DNA of 40,560 bases from Pseudomonadota bacterium (GTDB lineage Bacteria; Pseudomonadota; Gammaproteobacteria; Ga0077536), in contig JAYUQF010000146.1 in assembly GCA_043756885.1 (NCBI GenBank), positions 1 to 40,560 on the forward strand. Reading direction: 5' to 3'. Numbering within the stretch: the first letter of the stretch is position 1; each line of letters begins with the position of its first letter. The notes beneath the pieces were generated by a model. It did not search any database. It saw nothing but the letters and a program-made list of their open reading frames with translations, and was not told the DNA's origin. A program made the translations under genes and the position numbers. This document shows, one piece after another, positions 25,111 to 33,375 of this stretch.

Positions 25111-26166
25111 TTAGTCTTTGGCTGGCATGGGCAAAAATGGCGCGGCCAGCGGCTCGCCGATAAAGATCCCCTGGCCGGGCATCGCAACACTTTTCCAATA
25201 AGCTTCCATGAGTGTTTCACCGCGCAGATAGTTGTCGACCACAATCACCGGGTCGGGAAATTTCTGCGGAAAATTGCACGGCTCCTGGACGGTGCCATAA
25301 CTGCCGGTGGCGCCAGCCTGCAACCAGCGCAGCGCTGACATTTGTGGACTGTCGGTGAGCATGCCACCAAAGGATGTGAGGTGGTCGGCGATCGCGCCCG
25401 GTTTAAAGCCCAGCGTTTCAAGGCCCGCAACCTGGGCGCGCCCGGTAAAATAAAAAAGTACGTCGCGTGCACCGTAGAGTACGTCCTGCCGCAGGACCCG
25501 GCTGGCAACCCGTCGCCCGAGAATTTGTGCGACCACCGGATAGTTCACGCTGCGCACATTGCGCGCGCGATCGCTGGTGGACAACAGATAAGCGCGTGCG
25601 TCCGGCAGGCTGCCGTCGGCCCGCGCACCGCGGTCGATCAAGGCCACCGCATCCTCAAAGTTGTGTGCGGCGAGGCTCATGGTCGGGCGTAAACCAAAAT
25701 CGGTATAGGGTTCACGGCTGCTGGAGTTGAATAAGGGGCTCACCTTGGTCGGCTTGCAGCCACTGGCGCAGTAGGCGCGCTGGAAGCCGAAGGCAAAAGC
25801 CGACGTCATCGACATACATTCAACTCGATAGGGCAGCGCCCAGGTCAGCACATAGGCCTGCACTCGTGAGACGGTCTGACGTTCAACTTCAGCTTTGAGT
25901 AGTTTAAATTCGCGCTCCGACATAGTGGTGGAGCCCGGCTCAAATCGGATCTTGATGATGTTGCTGAGCGGTAACTGGCGGCGCACGACATAGTATTCGC
26001 CGATGGCGTAGCTCACCGGGTCTGCCACGTTAATCACGACCGCCAGTTGCGAACGGTCCAGCGCTTGTGCCGATGGCGCGAGCAGGCCGAGCAGCATTGC
26101 CGTTGTCAGCGCGATCATGCGCCCCATTGCAATCATGCTTAGACGACGTAGCGAAGGACGATGCAT
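25111..26166 (-). CDS. exported hypothetical protein, TIGR03790-like
   Basis: ORF 25111..26259 trimmed to the ATG at 26166. Hydrophobic leader MIALTTAMLLGLLAPSAQA. LAVVINVADPVSYAIGEYYVVRRQLP near the N-terminus and GSYGTVQEPCNFPQKFPDP...GETLMEAYW...GEPLAAPF at the C-terminus resemble that uncharacterised family as I recall it. Confidence 0.6.
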   Translation of the reverse strand: MHRPSLRRLSMIAMGRMIALTTAMLLGLLAPSAQALDRSQLAVVINVADPVSYAIGEYYVVRRQLPLSNIIKIRFEPGSTTMSEREFKLLKAEVERQTVSRVQAYVLTWALPYRVECMSMTSAFAFGFQRAYCASGCKPTKVSPLFNSSSREPYTDFGLRPTMSLAAHNFEDAVALIDRGARADGSLPDARAYLLSTSDRARNVRSVNYPVVAQILGRRVASRVLRQDVLYGARDVLFYFTGRAQVAGLETLGFKPGAIADHLTSFGGMLTDSPQMSALRWLQAGATGSYGTVQEPCNFPQKFPDPVIVVDNYLRGETLMEAYWKSVAMPGQGIFIGEPLAAPFLPMPAKD

Positions 26167-26467
26167 GGATGTTGGGCGAGTAAAAGGGTGGCAAGTACGC
26201 GCACGATGACTGGTCGGGATGGAGTGGTTATGGCGTGCCTGCGGCCGCGTCAAAGGCAATCACCCAAGCCAACCACCTAGGATTCACGGCTCCTGGAATG
26301 ATACTTTGACGGGTCGGCAATGAACATTGGAAGTCTCGCGATTTCACTAACCAGTGCGCGGCCAGCAATTGCACCTTCGGCTGTAGCGGAAGCTTGTGCA
26401 TCGCGCTGTAGTGTGCCGAGTGAATTTCCACATCAAAACAAGGCCTCATCATGAGCACTGACCACGG

Positions 26468-28051
26468 ATGCCCGACGCGATGCGTCTGACCGATTACACC
26501 CGTTATGCCGATGCGCAGCGCTACTTCTCAAAAGAAGCGCTGTGGGCCTTGTTCGACGGTGGACGCGAGCGCTTGAATATCGCCCACGAATGTGTCGACC
26601 GCCATGTCGGGCGCGCAGACGGCGACGATGTTGCGATCCGAGTCGCCCATGCCGATGGTCGTGATGAACTCATCACCTTCAGTGAACTCTCAATATGGAG
26701 CGGGCGGGTCGCGACGGACCTGTTGACTCGCGGCATCAAACCCGGCGATCGCGTGGCGATGATGCTGGAACCTTCCCTGGCGTTTTACGCGGCCTTGTTT
26801 GGTGCGATGAAGGTTGGTGCGGTAGCGGTGCCGCTGTTTACCCTGTTTGGACCCGATGGCCTGGGTTTGCGCATGGCCGACTGCAGCCCGGCACTACTGT
26901 TGCTCGCGCCCGAGAAGCGTGAGTTGGCCGCAGCGGCAGGCACGGCAGTGGTGATCGCGGACGAACACTGGCTGGCACAGGTTGCCCACTGCGCGGTGCG
27001 AGCGCCGCTTGCCAGTAGTGCCGATGATTTGGCCTTGTTTCAGTACACCTCGGGTACGACGCGCGAGCTGCCCGAGGCGGTTAAACATCGTCACCGCGCC
27101 ATTGTTACCGTGGCGATCGCAGCGCTGTACGCAACCGGCGTGCGGCCGGGCGATCGTTATATGTGCCCGTCATCACCGGCCTGGGGGCATGGTTTGTGGC
27201 ATGGCACCCTGGCGCCCCTGGCGCTGGGTGTCAGTATCGCCGCCTATGCGGGCAAGTTTGATGCCGAGCGCTTGTTGCAGGCCCTGGCGGATTACCGCAT
27301 TACCAATCTGTCGGCCGCAGCAACCCATTATCGTCTGATGAAAAACACCGGTAACGCGGAGCGTTATCAATTTGCCATCGAAAAGCTGACTTTTACCGGC
27401 GAGCCCATCGACAGCGATACGGCGGCCTGGGCGCAGCGTGTTTTTGGTCCGCCAGTGTGCAGCATCTACGGCACCACCGAAGTGGGTGTGATCCTGGCCA
27501 ATTATCCCGGCGCCGACGATCTGCCGGTTAAACCCGGCTCGCTTGGCAAGCCGGTGCCAGGTGTCGAAGTGGCCATTCTCGATCACGAGGGCAAAGCCTG
27601 CGCACCAGAGGTTATCGGCGAGATCATGTTGCGGCGGGGCGAAGGCTGGTTTCCGACCAAAGATCGCGGCCACATTGATGCCGAAGGTTATTTTTATCAC
27701 AACGGTCGTGCCGACGATGTCATCATCTCGGCGGGGTGGACCATGAGCGCGGTGGAGATTGAAGACACCTTGCTCAAGCACGCCGATATTGCCGAATGCG
27801 CAGCGATTGGCGTACCGGATGAAACCCGCGGACAAGTGGTGAAGGCTTATGTTGTATCACCGCGTGCGCCCTCGGCCGAGTTTGTCCGCGAGATTCAAGA
27901 ATTCGCCCAGCAGCGCCTGAGCCGCCATGAGTATCCGCGTCAGGTCGAGTTTGTCACCGAATTACCAAAAACGCCGGCGGGCAAGGTTAATCGCAATGCC
28001 TTGCGTGCACGCAATCACTCAATAGTTGCCAGGGGAGTAAAAGATGAGTAA
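26468..28051 (+). CDS. AMP-dependent synthetase/ligase (acyl-CoA synthetase family)
   Basis: Adenylate-forming motifs FQYTSGTTRELPEAV (deviant P-loop), YGTTEVG, TKDRGHIDAEGYFYHNGRADDVI and PKTPAGKVNR. Confidence 0.88.
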   Translation: MPDAMRLTDYTRYADAQRYFSKEALWALFDGGRERLNIAHECVDRHVGRADGDDVAIRVAHADGRDELITFSELSIWSGRVATDLLTRGIKPGDRVAMMLEPSLAFYAALFGAMKVGAVAVPLFTLFGPDGLGLRMADCSPALLLLAPEKRELAAAAGTAVVIADEHWLAQVAHCAVRAPLASSADDLALFQYTSGTTRELPEAVKHRHRAIVTVAIAALYATGVRPGDRYMCPSSPAWGHGLWHGTLAPLALGVSIAAYAGKFDAERLLQALADYRITNLSAAATHYRLMKNTGNAERYQFAIEKLTFTGEPIDSDTAAWAQRVFGPPVCSIYGTTEVGVILANYPGADDLPVKPGSLGKPVPGVEVAILDHEGKACAPEVIGEIMLRRGEGWFPTKDRGHIDAEGYFYHNGRADDVIISAGWTMSAVEIEDTLLKHADIAECAAIGVPDETRGQVVKAYVVSPRAPSAEFVREIQEFAQQRLSRHEYPRQVEFVTELPKTPAGKVNRNALRARNHSIVARGVKDE

Positions 28052-29189
28052 CACCAATCGCAGCGAGGAATTCCCGCGCATCACCGACCAAGGGCTGGAA
28101 GATCTTCAGCGCCGTATCAATGTGCGTATCGCCCAAGAACCTGAGCCCTGGTGCCATGAAGCCACACGCGACAACATCCGCCATTACGCCCACGGTATCG
28201 GCGACGATAATCCGCTGTGGTGCGAGCCCGAATATGCGCGTAATACCTCCTACGGCGGTCTCATTGCCTGCCCGTCGTTTTTATTCGCTTGTTCGCGTAT
28301 CGCTTCGGGTTATGTCGGCGGGTTGCCGGGCATCCATGCGATGTGGGCGGGTGCAAATTGGGTGTGGTTCAAGGCCGCGCGTCGTAATGATGAGATATCC
28401 ACACAGTCGTGGTTAAAGGACCTGGTCCAGCACCAGACCAAGTTCGCCGGACGGGCCGTTCAACAGATTTACCACGTGGAATATTTTAATCAGAGCGGCG
28501 ATAAGCTGGCCGAAGTGGATAGCTGGTGTTTTCGTACCGAACGTGATGCCGCACGTGAACAAGGCACCAAGTACACCGCAGTAAAAGCCCGCGCGGAAAA
28601 ACGCTACAGCCCTGACGAACTGGCCGAGGTCTATCGGACCTATGCCAAAGAAGAAGTGCGCGGCGCGACACCGCGTTATTGGCAGGATGTCGAAGTGGGC
28701 GAGCGCCTGCCTACCCTCGCTAAGGGGCCGATGACGGTGACGGGATTCATCGCTTTTGCACAAGGCTGGGGTGGTCTGTACATCCGCGCCAACAAGCTCG
28801 CGTGGCGCATGATCCATGCCCATCCCGGTTTAGGTATTCCCAATCGTTTTAATATCCCCGATTGTCCGGAGCGGGTGCATTGGGAGCAGGATTTTGCGCT
28901 CAAGGTTGGCGCACCGGGGGCCTACGACTACGGTCCGGAACGGTGCTCGTGGCTGACCCATCATTTGACCAATTGGATGGGTGATGACGGTTTCCTGGTC
29001 TCATCGTCGAGCAAGATCCGTCGCCACAATCCTGAAGGTGATGTGCTGATGTTTAATGGCGAGGTGCTGCGCAAATTTGTCGATGAGCAGGGGCGGCATT
29101 GTGTGGAGGTAGCACAGCGTGCCGCAAATCAGGATGACGAGGAATCAATTATTGGCTCCGGTGTGGTGGCTCTGCCGGTGCGCGCTTAG
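28044..29189 (+). CDS. double hotdog-fold acyl dehydratase / (R)-enoyl-CoA hydratase-like protein (FAS1-like N-terminal + MaoC-like C-terminal domain)
   Basis: 381 aa. The ATG overlaps the ligase stop by 8 nt (ATGAGTAA) and has a GGGGAG Shine-Dalgarno sequence. The RHYAHGIGDDNPLW motif is typical of hotdog hydratases. Confidence 0.7.
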   Translation: MSNTNRSEEFPRITDQGLEDLQRRINVRIAQEPEPWCHEATRDNIRHYAHGIGDDNPLWCEPEYARNTSYGGLIACPSFLFACSRIASGYVGGLPGIHAMWAGANWVWFKAARRNDEISTQSWLKDLVQHQTKFAGRAVQQIYHVEYFNQSGDKLAEVDSWCFRTERDAAREQGTKYTAVKARAEKRYSPDELAEVYRTYAKEEVRGATPRYWQDVEVGERLPTLAKGPMTVTGFIAFAQGWGGLYIRANKLAWRMIHAHPGLGIPNRFNIPDCPERVHWEQDFALKVGAPGAYDYGPERCSWLTHHLTNWMGDDGFLVSSSSKIRRHNPEGDVLMFNGEVLRKFVDEQGRHCVEVAQRAANQDDEESIIGSGVVALPVRA

Positions 29190-29518
29190 GTGTCCGTCGG
29201 GTTCCTGGGGGCGCCGCTACCGCGTGCAACACACGGTGGAGAGCGCCAACCCGTCTAACGCGGTCTGAAGTCTGATCCGCGTGCCATCGGTAGCACGCTC
29301 ACCCGTCACAACACGCCCTGCGATGGTGCTTTAGACCCCGCTCGGCGTTATTTCGGCGCTGCCGCTGCGCGGCGTGCGGCACGTTCAACTCCCTGTGCAT
29401 AACACCCTCAAGTATCCGCAAGTTTCGCTCGCTATAAGCGCCAGAGACGAGTGGGATACGGCTGGTATCCCGCACCGGCAGCGCTCCTACGTGCCGACAA
29501 CATTTTACGGGTATTGTC

Positions 29519-30310
29519 ATGGCCAAATCCGCCGTCCAAGTTTCGCTACGCTCGCAGCCAAGCGAGCCAATTTTTGTCTTCGGCGCCGATATGGATGGGG
29601 ATTTTTCGCGTGGATCGGCCGCGATCGCGCAGCGCTACTTCAACGCTGACACCACCGTCTGCAGCGGTGCCAGCGGTCATGCTTACGCCGTTCCCTACCG
29701 CGATTGCGACGGCAAGTTCTTAAGTTTTGGCGCGCTGGCGCCGCATATCACCGCCTTTCTAAGTCACGCACGGGCCAATCCACAACAAGTTTTCATGATC
29801 GCCCACTTTGGCTGTGAAAGCGGCGGCAGCGACATAACGAGTATGGTGCGCCACTTCAGTCATCTGCCAGCCAACTGTTTGCTGCCTGGTCCATGGGCCC
29901 GTCACCTCGACGCTAAAAGTGGCGTACGTCTTTTGATTTTCGACCCCTTTGCGCGCTTCCGCGAGCCCTATTGGCAGGACAAGCTTAAGCGCTATCTGGC
30001 GCTCAATGCCGACACCTGTAATGGCGCGCAAGTTGAAGTTGTCAGCTTCGGTGGTGCACGTTCGCTGGTTGCCAACGACATGGCCGCCAAACGCCTGGGA
30101 CTAAAACATCGAGTATTCGGGCCCAACGAGACCTTTTTTGGCAAACACGCCGAGCTCGCTGCGGAAATGAAGGCGATGTGGTACTCAACGCACTTTTTAT
30201 CGCTCTGTGATTTCAGCCAAACCGTGCAGCCCCAGCAGTTCCGCGTGACAACCGCCGCGATCAGCGCCGGCTTGGTGATAGACCAACTGGAAGTGAGCGG
30301 CGCACTCTGA
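29519..30310 (+). CDS. hypothetical two-domain protein: A1S_2505-type phage-associated domain fused to a DUF2493/SLOG-like domain
   Basis: N-terminal half IFVFGADMDGDFSRGSAAIAQRYF...GASGHAYAVPYRD...FMIAHFGCESGG...LPANCLLPGPW follows the FVFGSN..G.HG.GAA..A...G.SYAIPT...IGCG.AG...P.NV.LP pattern. C-terminal half VEVVSFGGARSLVANDMAAKRLGLKHRVFGPNETFFGKHAELAAEMKAM follows the DUF2493 pattern HGGA.GAD..A..WA...G......ADW..YGK.AG..RN..M. No Shine-Dalgarno sequence. Confidence 0.5.
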   Translation: MAKSAVQVSLRSQPSEPIFVFGADMDGDFSRGSAAIAQRYFNADTTVCSGASGHAYAVPYRDCDGKFLSFGALAPHITAFLSHARANPQQVFMIAHFGCESGGSDITSMVRHFSHLPANCLLPGPWARHLDAKSGVRLLIFDPFARFREPYWQDKLKRYLALNADTCNGAQVEVVSFGGARSLVANDMAAKRLGLKHRVFGPNETFFGKHAELAAEMKAMWYSTHFLSLCDFSQTVQPQQFRVTTAAISAGLVIDQLEVSGAL

Positions 30311-30322
30311 GTGCGCGTGGAT

Positions 30323-31186
30323 TTAATTCGTGCTGATGAAGTCCAGCAGCGCTCGGCATAACGCGCTGTCAGGCTCTTCAAAGCCCGCGATCGCGCTCAG
30401 GTGATTTTTGCCTGCTTGGGCAAACTCCGTCGCGTGATGACCGGCAGCTCGCCACGCCGCAACATAGTCGGCCGATTGGCGATGAAATTCTTGCGACTCA
30501 TCACCGCCCAGCGTGACCAATAGCGGCGGGCCGTGTGCAGGAATGTTGAAGAGCGGGCTTTGTCGTTCGATCAAATCGGCATCGAGTTGCAATTTGGCTT
30601 GCAGCCAGGAATGACGGAACGGTCGCAGATCAAACAGACCGCTGATCGGCATCCCCCCTTTGATGATATCGGCAGGCAGGCCGTACTCGTTGTGCCAGTC
30701 GGTGGCAGCGAGCATGCCGACCTGGTGCCCCCCCGCCGAATGACCAGCGACAAAGATGCGGGCTGGATCGCCGTTATATCGTGCGATGTGATGCGCCAGC
30801 CACGCCACTGTGGCCCGACTCTGGCGCGTGATTTCAGCGATGCTTACTTTTGGGCACAGCGAATAATTTGATATCACCACGGTGACGTCGTGGGCCACCG
30901 GACCACGCGCCACCAACGAGAACTCTTTACTCGACAGCATGCGCCAGTAGCCACCGTGCACGAACAACAGCACGGGTGCATGGGGTCTGCTGGCCGGAAA
31001 GATATCGAGGGTTTCGTCGCGGGTGGGGCCGAAGGGCACGTCCAATACACACGCCAGCTCAGCACGAGCGCGCGCGCTGCCACCAACGAACCACTCAACG
31101 TAGGGGCCCATGTCACCCACCGCGAGTTCGATGTTGTACTCGCTGTCGATGGCTTCCTGGCTGTCGAATTCGCGGTAAATTTTCAC
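30323..31186 (-). CDS. alpha/beta hydrolase (esterase / arylformamidase-like)
   Basis: The start of ORF 30323..31237 is a TTG. I prefer the GTG at 31186, which is preceded by CAGGAT. Oxyanion motif FVHGGYW and nucleophile elbow GHSAGGH. Confidence 0.85.
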   Translation of the reverse strand: MKIYREFDSQEAIDSEYNIELAVGDMGPYVEWFVGGSARARAELACVLDVPFGPTRDETLDIFPASRPHAPVLLFVHGGYWRMLSSKEFSLVARGPVAHDVTVVISNYSLCPKVSIAEITRQSRATVAWLAHHIARYNGDPARIFVAGHSAGGHQVGMLAATDWHNEYGLPADIIKGGMPISGLFDLRPFRHSWLQAKLQLDADLIERQSPLFNIPAHGPPLLVTLGGDESQEFHRQSADYVAAWRAAGHHATEFAQAGKNHLSAIAGFEEPDSALCRALLDFISTN

Positions 31187-31264
31187 GGCGTTATCCTGGG
31201 GTAGCTGTGCACGCGGGCGTCGCCACTGCGCGCCCAACGCGCGCAGCGGCGGCGATCAAAGCGC

Positions 31265-32305
31265 TTATTTGCGGAAAGCCGGAATGACGTCCTTGGCGAA
31301 CATCTCCATGCTGGAGCGGATGAGATGCGGCGCGAGGCCGGACATGGCCATACCACACACCAGATGAGTCACACGACCCCGTTTGACATAGTCAGCGATC
31401 AGCTCACGCACATCGGCAGGTGTACCAACCAGGGCTTCTTCGCCGAAGACATTAAACTGCTGCTTCTTGATGATCTCCTCAACTGAGGCAATACCCTCGA
31501 TGACTTTATCGTCGCCGGGTTTATCGTTGGCTTCGGCGAACCATTTTGCGTAACACGTCGCGGTGTAGTGCAAGGATTGTGCACACGACTCCCAGGCCTG
31601 CTCACGACTCTTGGCGACGTGTACCCAGCGTAGTTGGGCGGTCGAGTATTCCTGTGGATTACGACCAGCAGCGCTCAGGCAGGCATCATAGTGTTCAACC
31701 AGTGAAGGCGGGCCGACTACCTGGAAGTGAAAGCCCATTTTGGCCGCACGTTCAATCGCCTTGGGCGCGATCGCACCGATCCAGATCGGCGGGTGAGGGC
31801 GCTGCAAGGCTGGCGGTACGATGCGAATTTCTTTGAGTTGACTGAACTTGCCGTCGAAGGTCACTTCTTCATCGGACAGCAGGCGTTGGATCAAGGCGAT
31901 ACCTTCGTTCAGACGAGCGCCACGTTCGGTATGGGAGATCCCTTGGTCGGCAAACTCTTTACGGCGATAGCCCAAGCCTACACCGAGATCAAAACGACCA
32001 TTGGATAACAGATCGACCGTCGCCGTATCTTCGGCAATGCGCACTGGGTTGTGCAGCGGCAGCAAAATTAGAAACGTGCCGATTCGGATGCGCGAAGTGC
32101 GGGTTGCAACACCAGCGGCGATCGGCAACAACGAGGGCGAATAACCGTCGTCGACAAAATGATGTTCGGTCAGCCACGCATTGTCGTAGCCCATCGCTTC
32201 GGAATCGACAATCAAATCCATGTGGCTGCGGTACAGATCCTGCCAGGGCACGCGGTTAAAACTGGGATTGCGGAACGGCCACAGCAGGCCAAAGCGTAAA
32301 TTCAT
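31265..32305 (-). CDS. LLM-class (luciferase-like) flavin-dependent oxidoreductase
   Basis: 346 aa with a GAGGGAG Shine-Dalgarno sequence. MNLRFGLLWPF...GYDNAWLTEHHF is typical of the LLM N-terminus. Confidence 0.85.
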   Translation of the reverse strand: MNLRFGLLWPFRNPSFNRVPWQDLYRSHMDLIVDSEAMGYDNAWLTEHHFVDDGYSPSLLPIAAGVATRTSRIRIGTFLILLPLHNPVRIAEDTATVDLLSNGRFDLGVGLGYRRKEFADQGISHTERGARLNEGIALIQRLLSDEEVTFDGKFSQLKEIRIVPPALQRPHPPIWIGAIAPKAIERAAKMGFHFQVVGPPSLVEHYDACLSAAGRNPQEYSTAQLRWVHVAKSREQAWESCAQSLHYTATCYAKWFAEANDKPGDDKVIEGIASVEEIIKKQQFNVFGEEALVGTPADVRELIADYVKRGRVTHLVCGMAMSGLAPHLIRSSMEMFAKDVIPAFRK

Positions 32306-32406
32306 GATCGTGCTCCCTCTCGTTTTTTTTGCTTAACTGCGACGCGGGTCGCAGGCAGCTCAGTGGTAGTTGGCAGGCGTAGGCCAGCGCGGCCCGGCAG
32401 TGTGAT

Positions 32407-33375
32407 TCATCCCGCTGCGCGCGCCAACCGCTTTTCGAGCTGGCCTGCATGGCTGTGCCAAATCGCATCACTGCGCAAATCGATCTGCGCGCCACGCGCT
32501 AGTGCCGCCCGCCATGGAATGGGGCTGGGCAACAAACATAAGGTCAACACGTAGCGTGGTCCCCGTTGCGGCGTGATTCCGCTGTGCAGCACCCGCGCCG
32601 GCTGAAACAACACCGCATCACCCGCGCGGGGATGGTGGTGATAAGCCTCAAGCTCACGTTTGGCGAGGGTCGCCAGCTTGGTCAGCGAGTCACTGCGACG
32701 CTGGCCACGGGCGAACATGTAGCCGGTGCGTGCAACTGCCGCGCTGCCGGCGAGATCCAGATAGGAGGTGCCACCACCGTGTTCACGGTAGTCGTTCAGA
32801 TAAACCAGCAGTTTCAAATGTGAGCGCGGGCCCTGGTCACAATGCCAGCGAAATGAAACCGAAGCGGGTGCGGTGCTCGGCGCCGTGCGCGACAAGGTGT
32901 ACCAGTACACAAAATATTCGCTGCGGAAAAATTCCAGACAATGGCCATCAACTTCCGCACTCAGCGCACTGTCGAGCAGGCGCGTGATAAGCGCCGCATC
33001 AGTGAGCGCATAACCCTCAAGTTTGGCGGAATCGCGTTTGAGTTGCGCAATGTCTTCGGCGGCGCTGACCGCGGCCAGTAACTGCGTTGCTTGAGGTGCG
33101 GCCATGACCTCGAGCGACGCATAGCCCTGGGTGATGAGCGAGCCGGGTGTGACATTGGGCGGTAATGGCCGCGTGAGTCGTGTGCGGCAGTGGGCCTGCC
33201 ACGCTTCATAACCGCGCGCCCGATCAAATTCGTCAAAGACCCTTGTGACCCGGTCCGGGTCGAGGTCAGGTTCGAACCAGCGCTGGATTTTCCTCAGCAG
33301 GATGCCCGGTCCATGGCGGTTGAGAGGAATCAATGACTGGCCTCCAGCTTGGCCTCCGGCAGGCCGAACACCCAC
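32407..33375 (-). CDS. PhyH/2OG-Fe(II) oxygenase-like hypothetical protein (start uncertain: GTG at 33375 or TTG at 33333)
   Basis: HxD motif FRWHCDQG, then LKLLVYLNDYREHGGGTSYLD, and distal His/Arg GDAVLFQPARVLHSG...RYVLTL. No signal peptide. The TTG at 33333 overlaps the PQQ-gene stop (TTGA). Confidence 0.6.
   Translation of the reverse strand: MGVRPAGGQAGGQSLIPLNRHGPGILLRKIQRWFEPDLDPDRVTRVFDEFDRARGYEAWQAHCRTRLTRPLPPNVTPGSLITQGYASLEVMAAPQATQLLAAVSAAEDIAQLKRDSAKLEGYALTDAALITRLLDSALSAEVDGHCLEFFRSEYFVYWYTLSRTAPSTAPASVSFRWHCDQGPRSHLKLLVYLNDYREHGGGTSYLDLAGSAAVARTGYMFARGQRRSDSLTKLATLAKRELEAYHHHPRAGDAVLFQPARVLHSGITPQRGPRYVLTLCLLPSPIPWRAALARGAQIDLRSDAIWHSHAGQLEKRLARAAG

Noticed and set aside
26451-26489. 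A 12-codon mini-ORF (MSTDHGCPTRCV) overlapping the ligase start, considered as a leader peptide
   Set aside because: There is no attenuator-like terminator/antiterminator structure, no codon bias suggesting amino-acid sensing, and no Shine-Dalgarno sequence. It probably occurs by chance.
27173-27835. A 220-aa minus-strand ORF inside the acyl-CoA ligase gene
   Set aside because: It is a shadow ORF antisense to a gene with the full set of adenylate-forming motifs.
29519-30310. A prophage or genomic-island interpretation of the phage-domain fusion gene and its surroundings
   Set aside because: There is no integrase, tRNA, att-like direct repeat, capsid, tail or terminase gene within the window. 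The neighbours are ordinary metabolic genes on both sides, so I report it only as an orphan gene.
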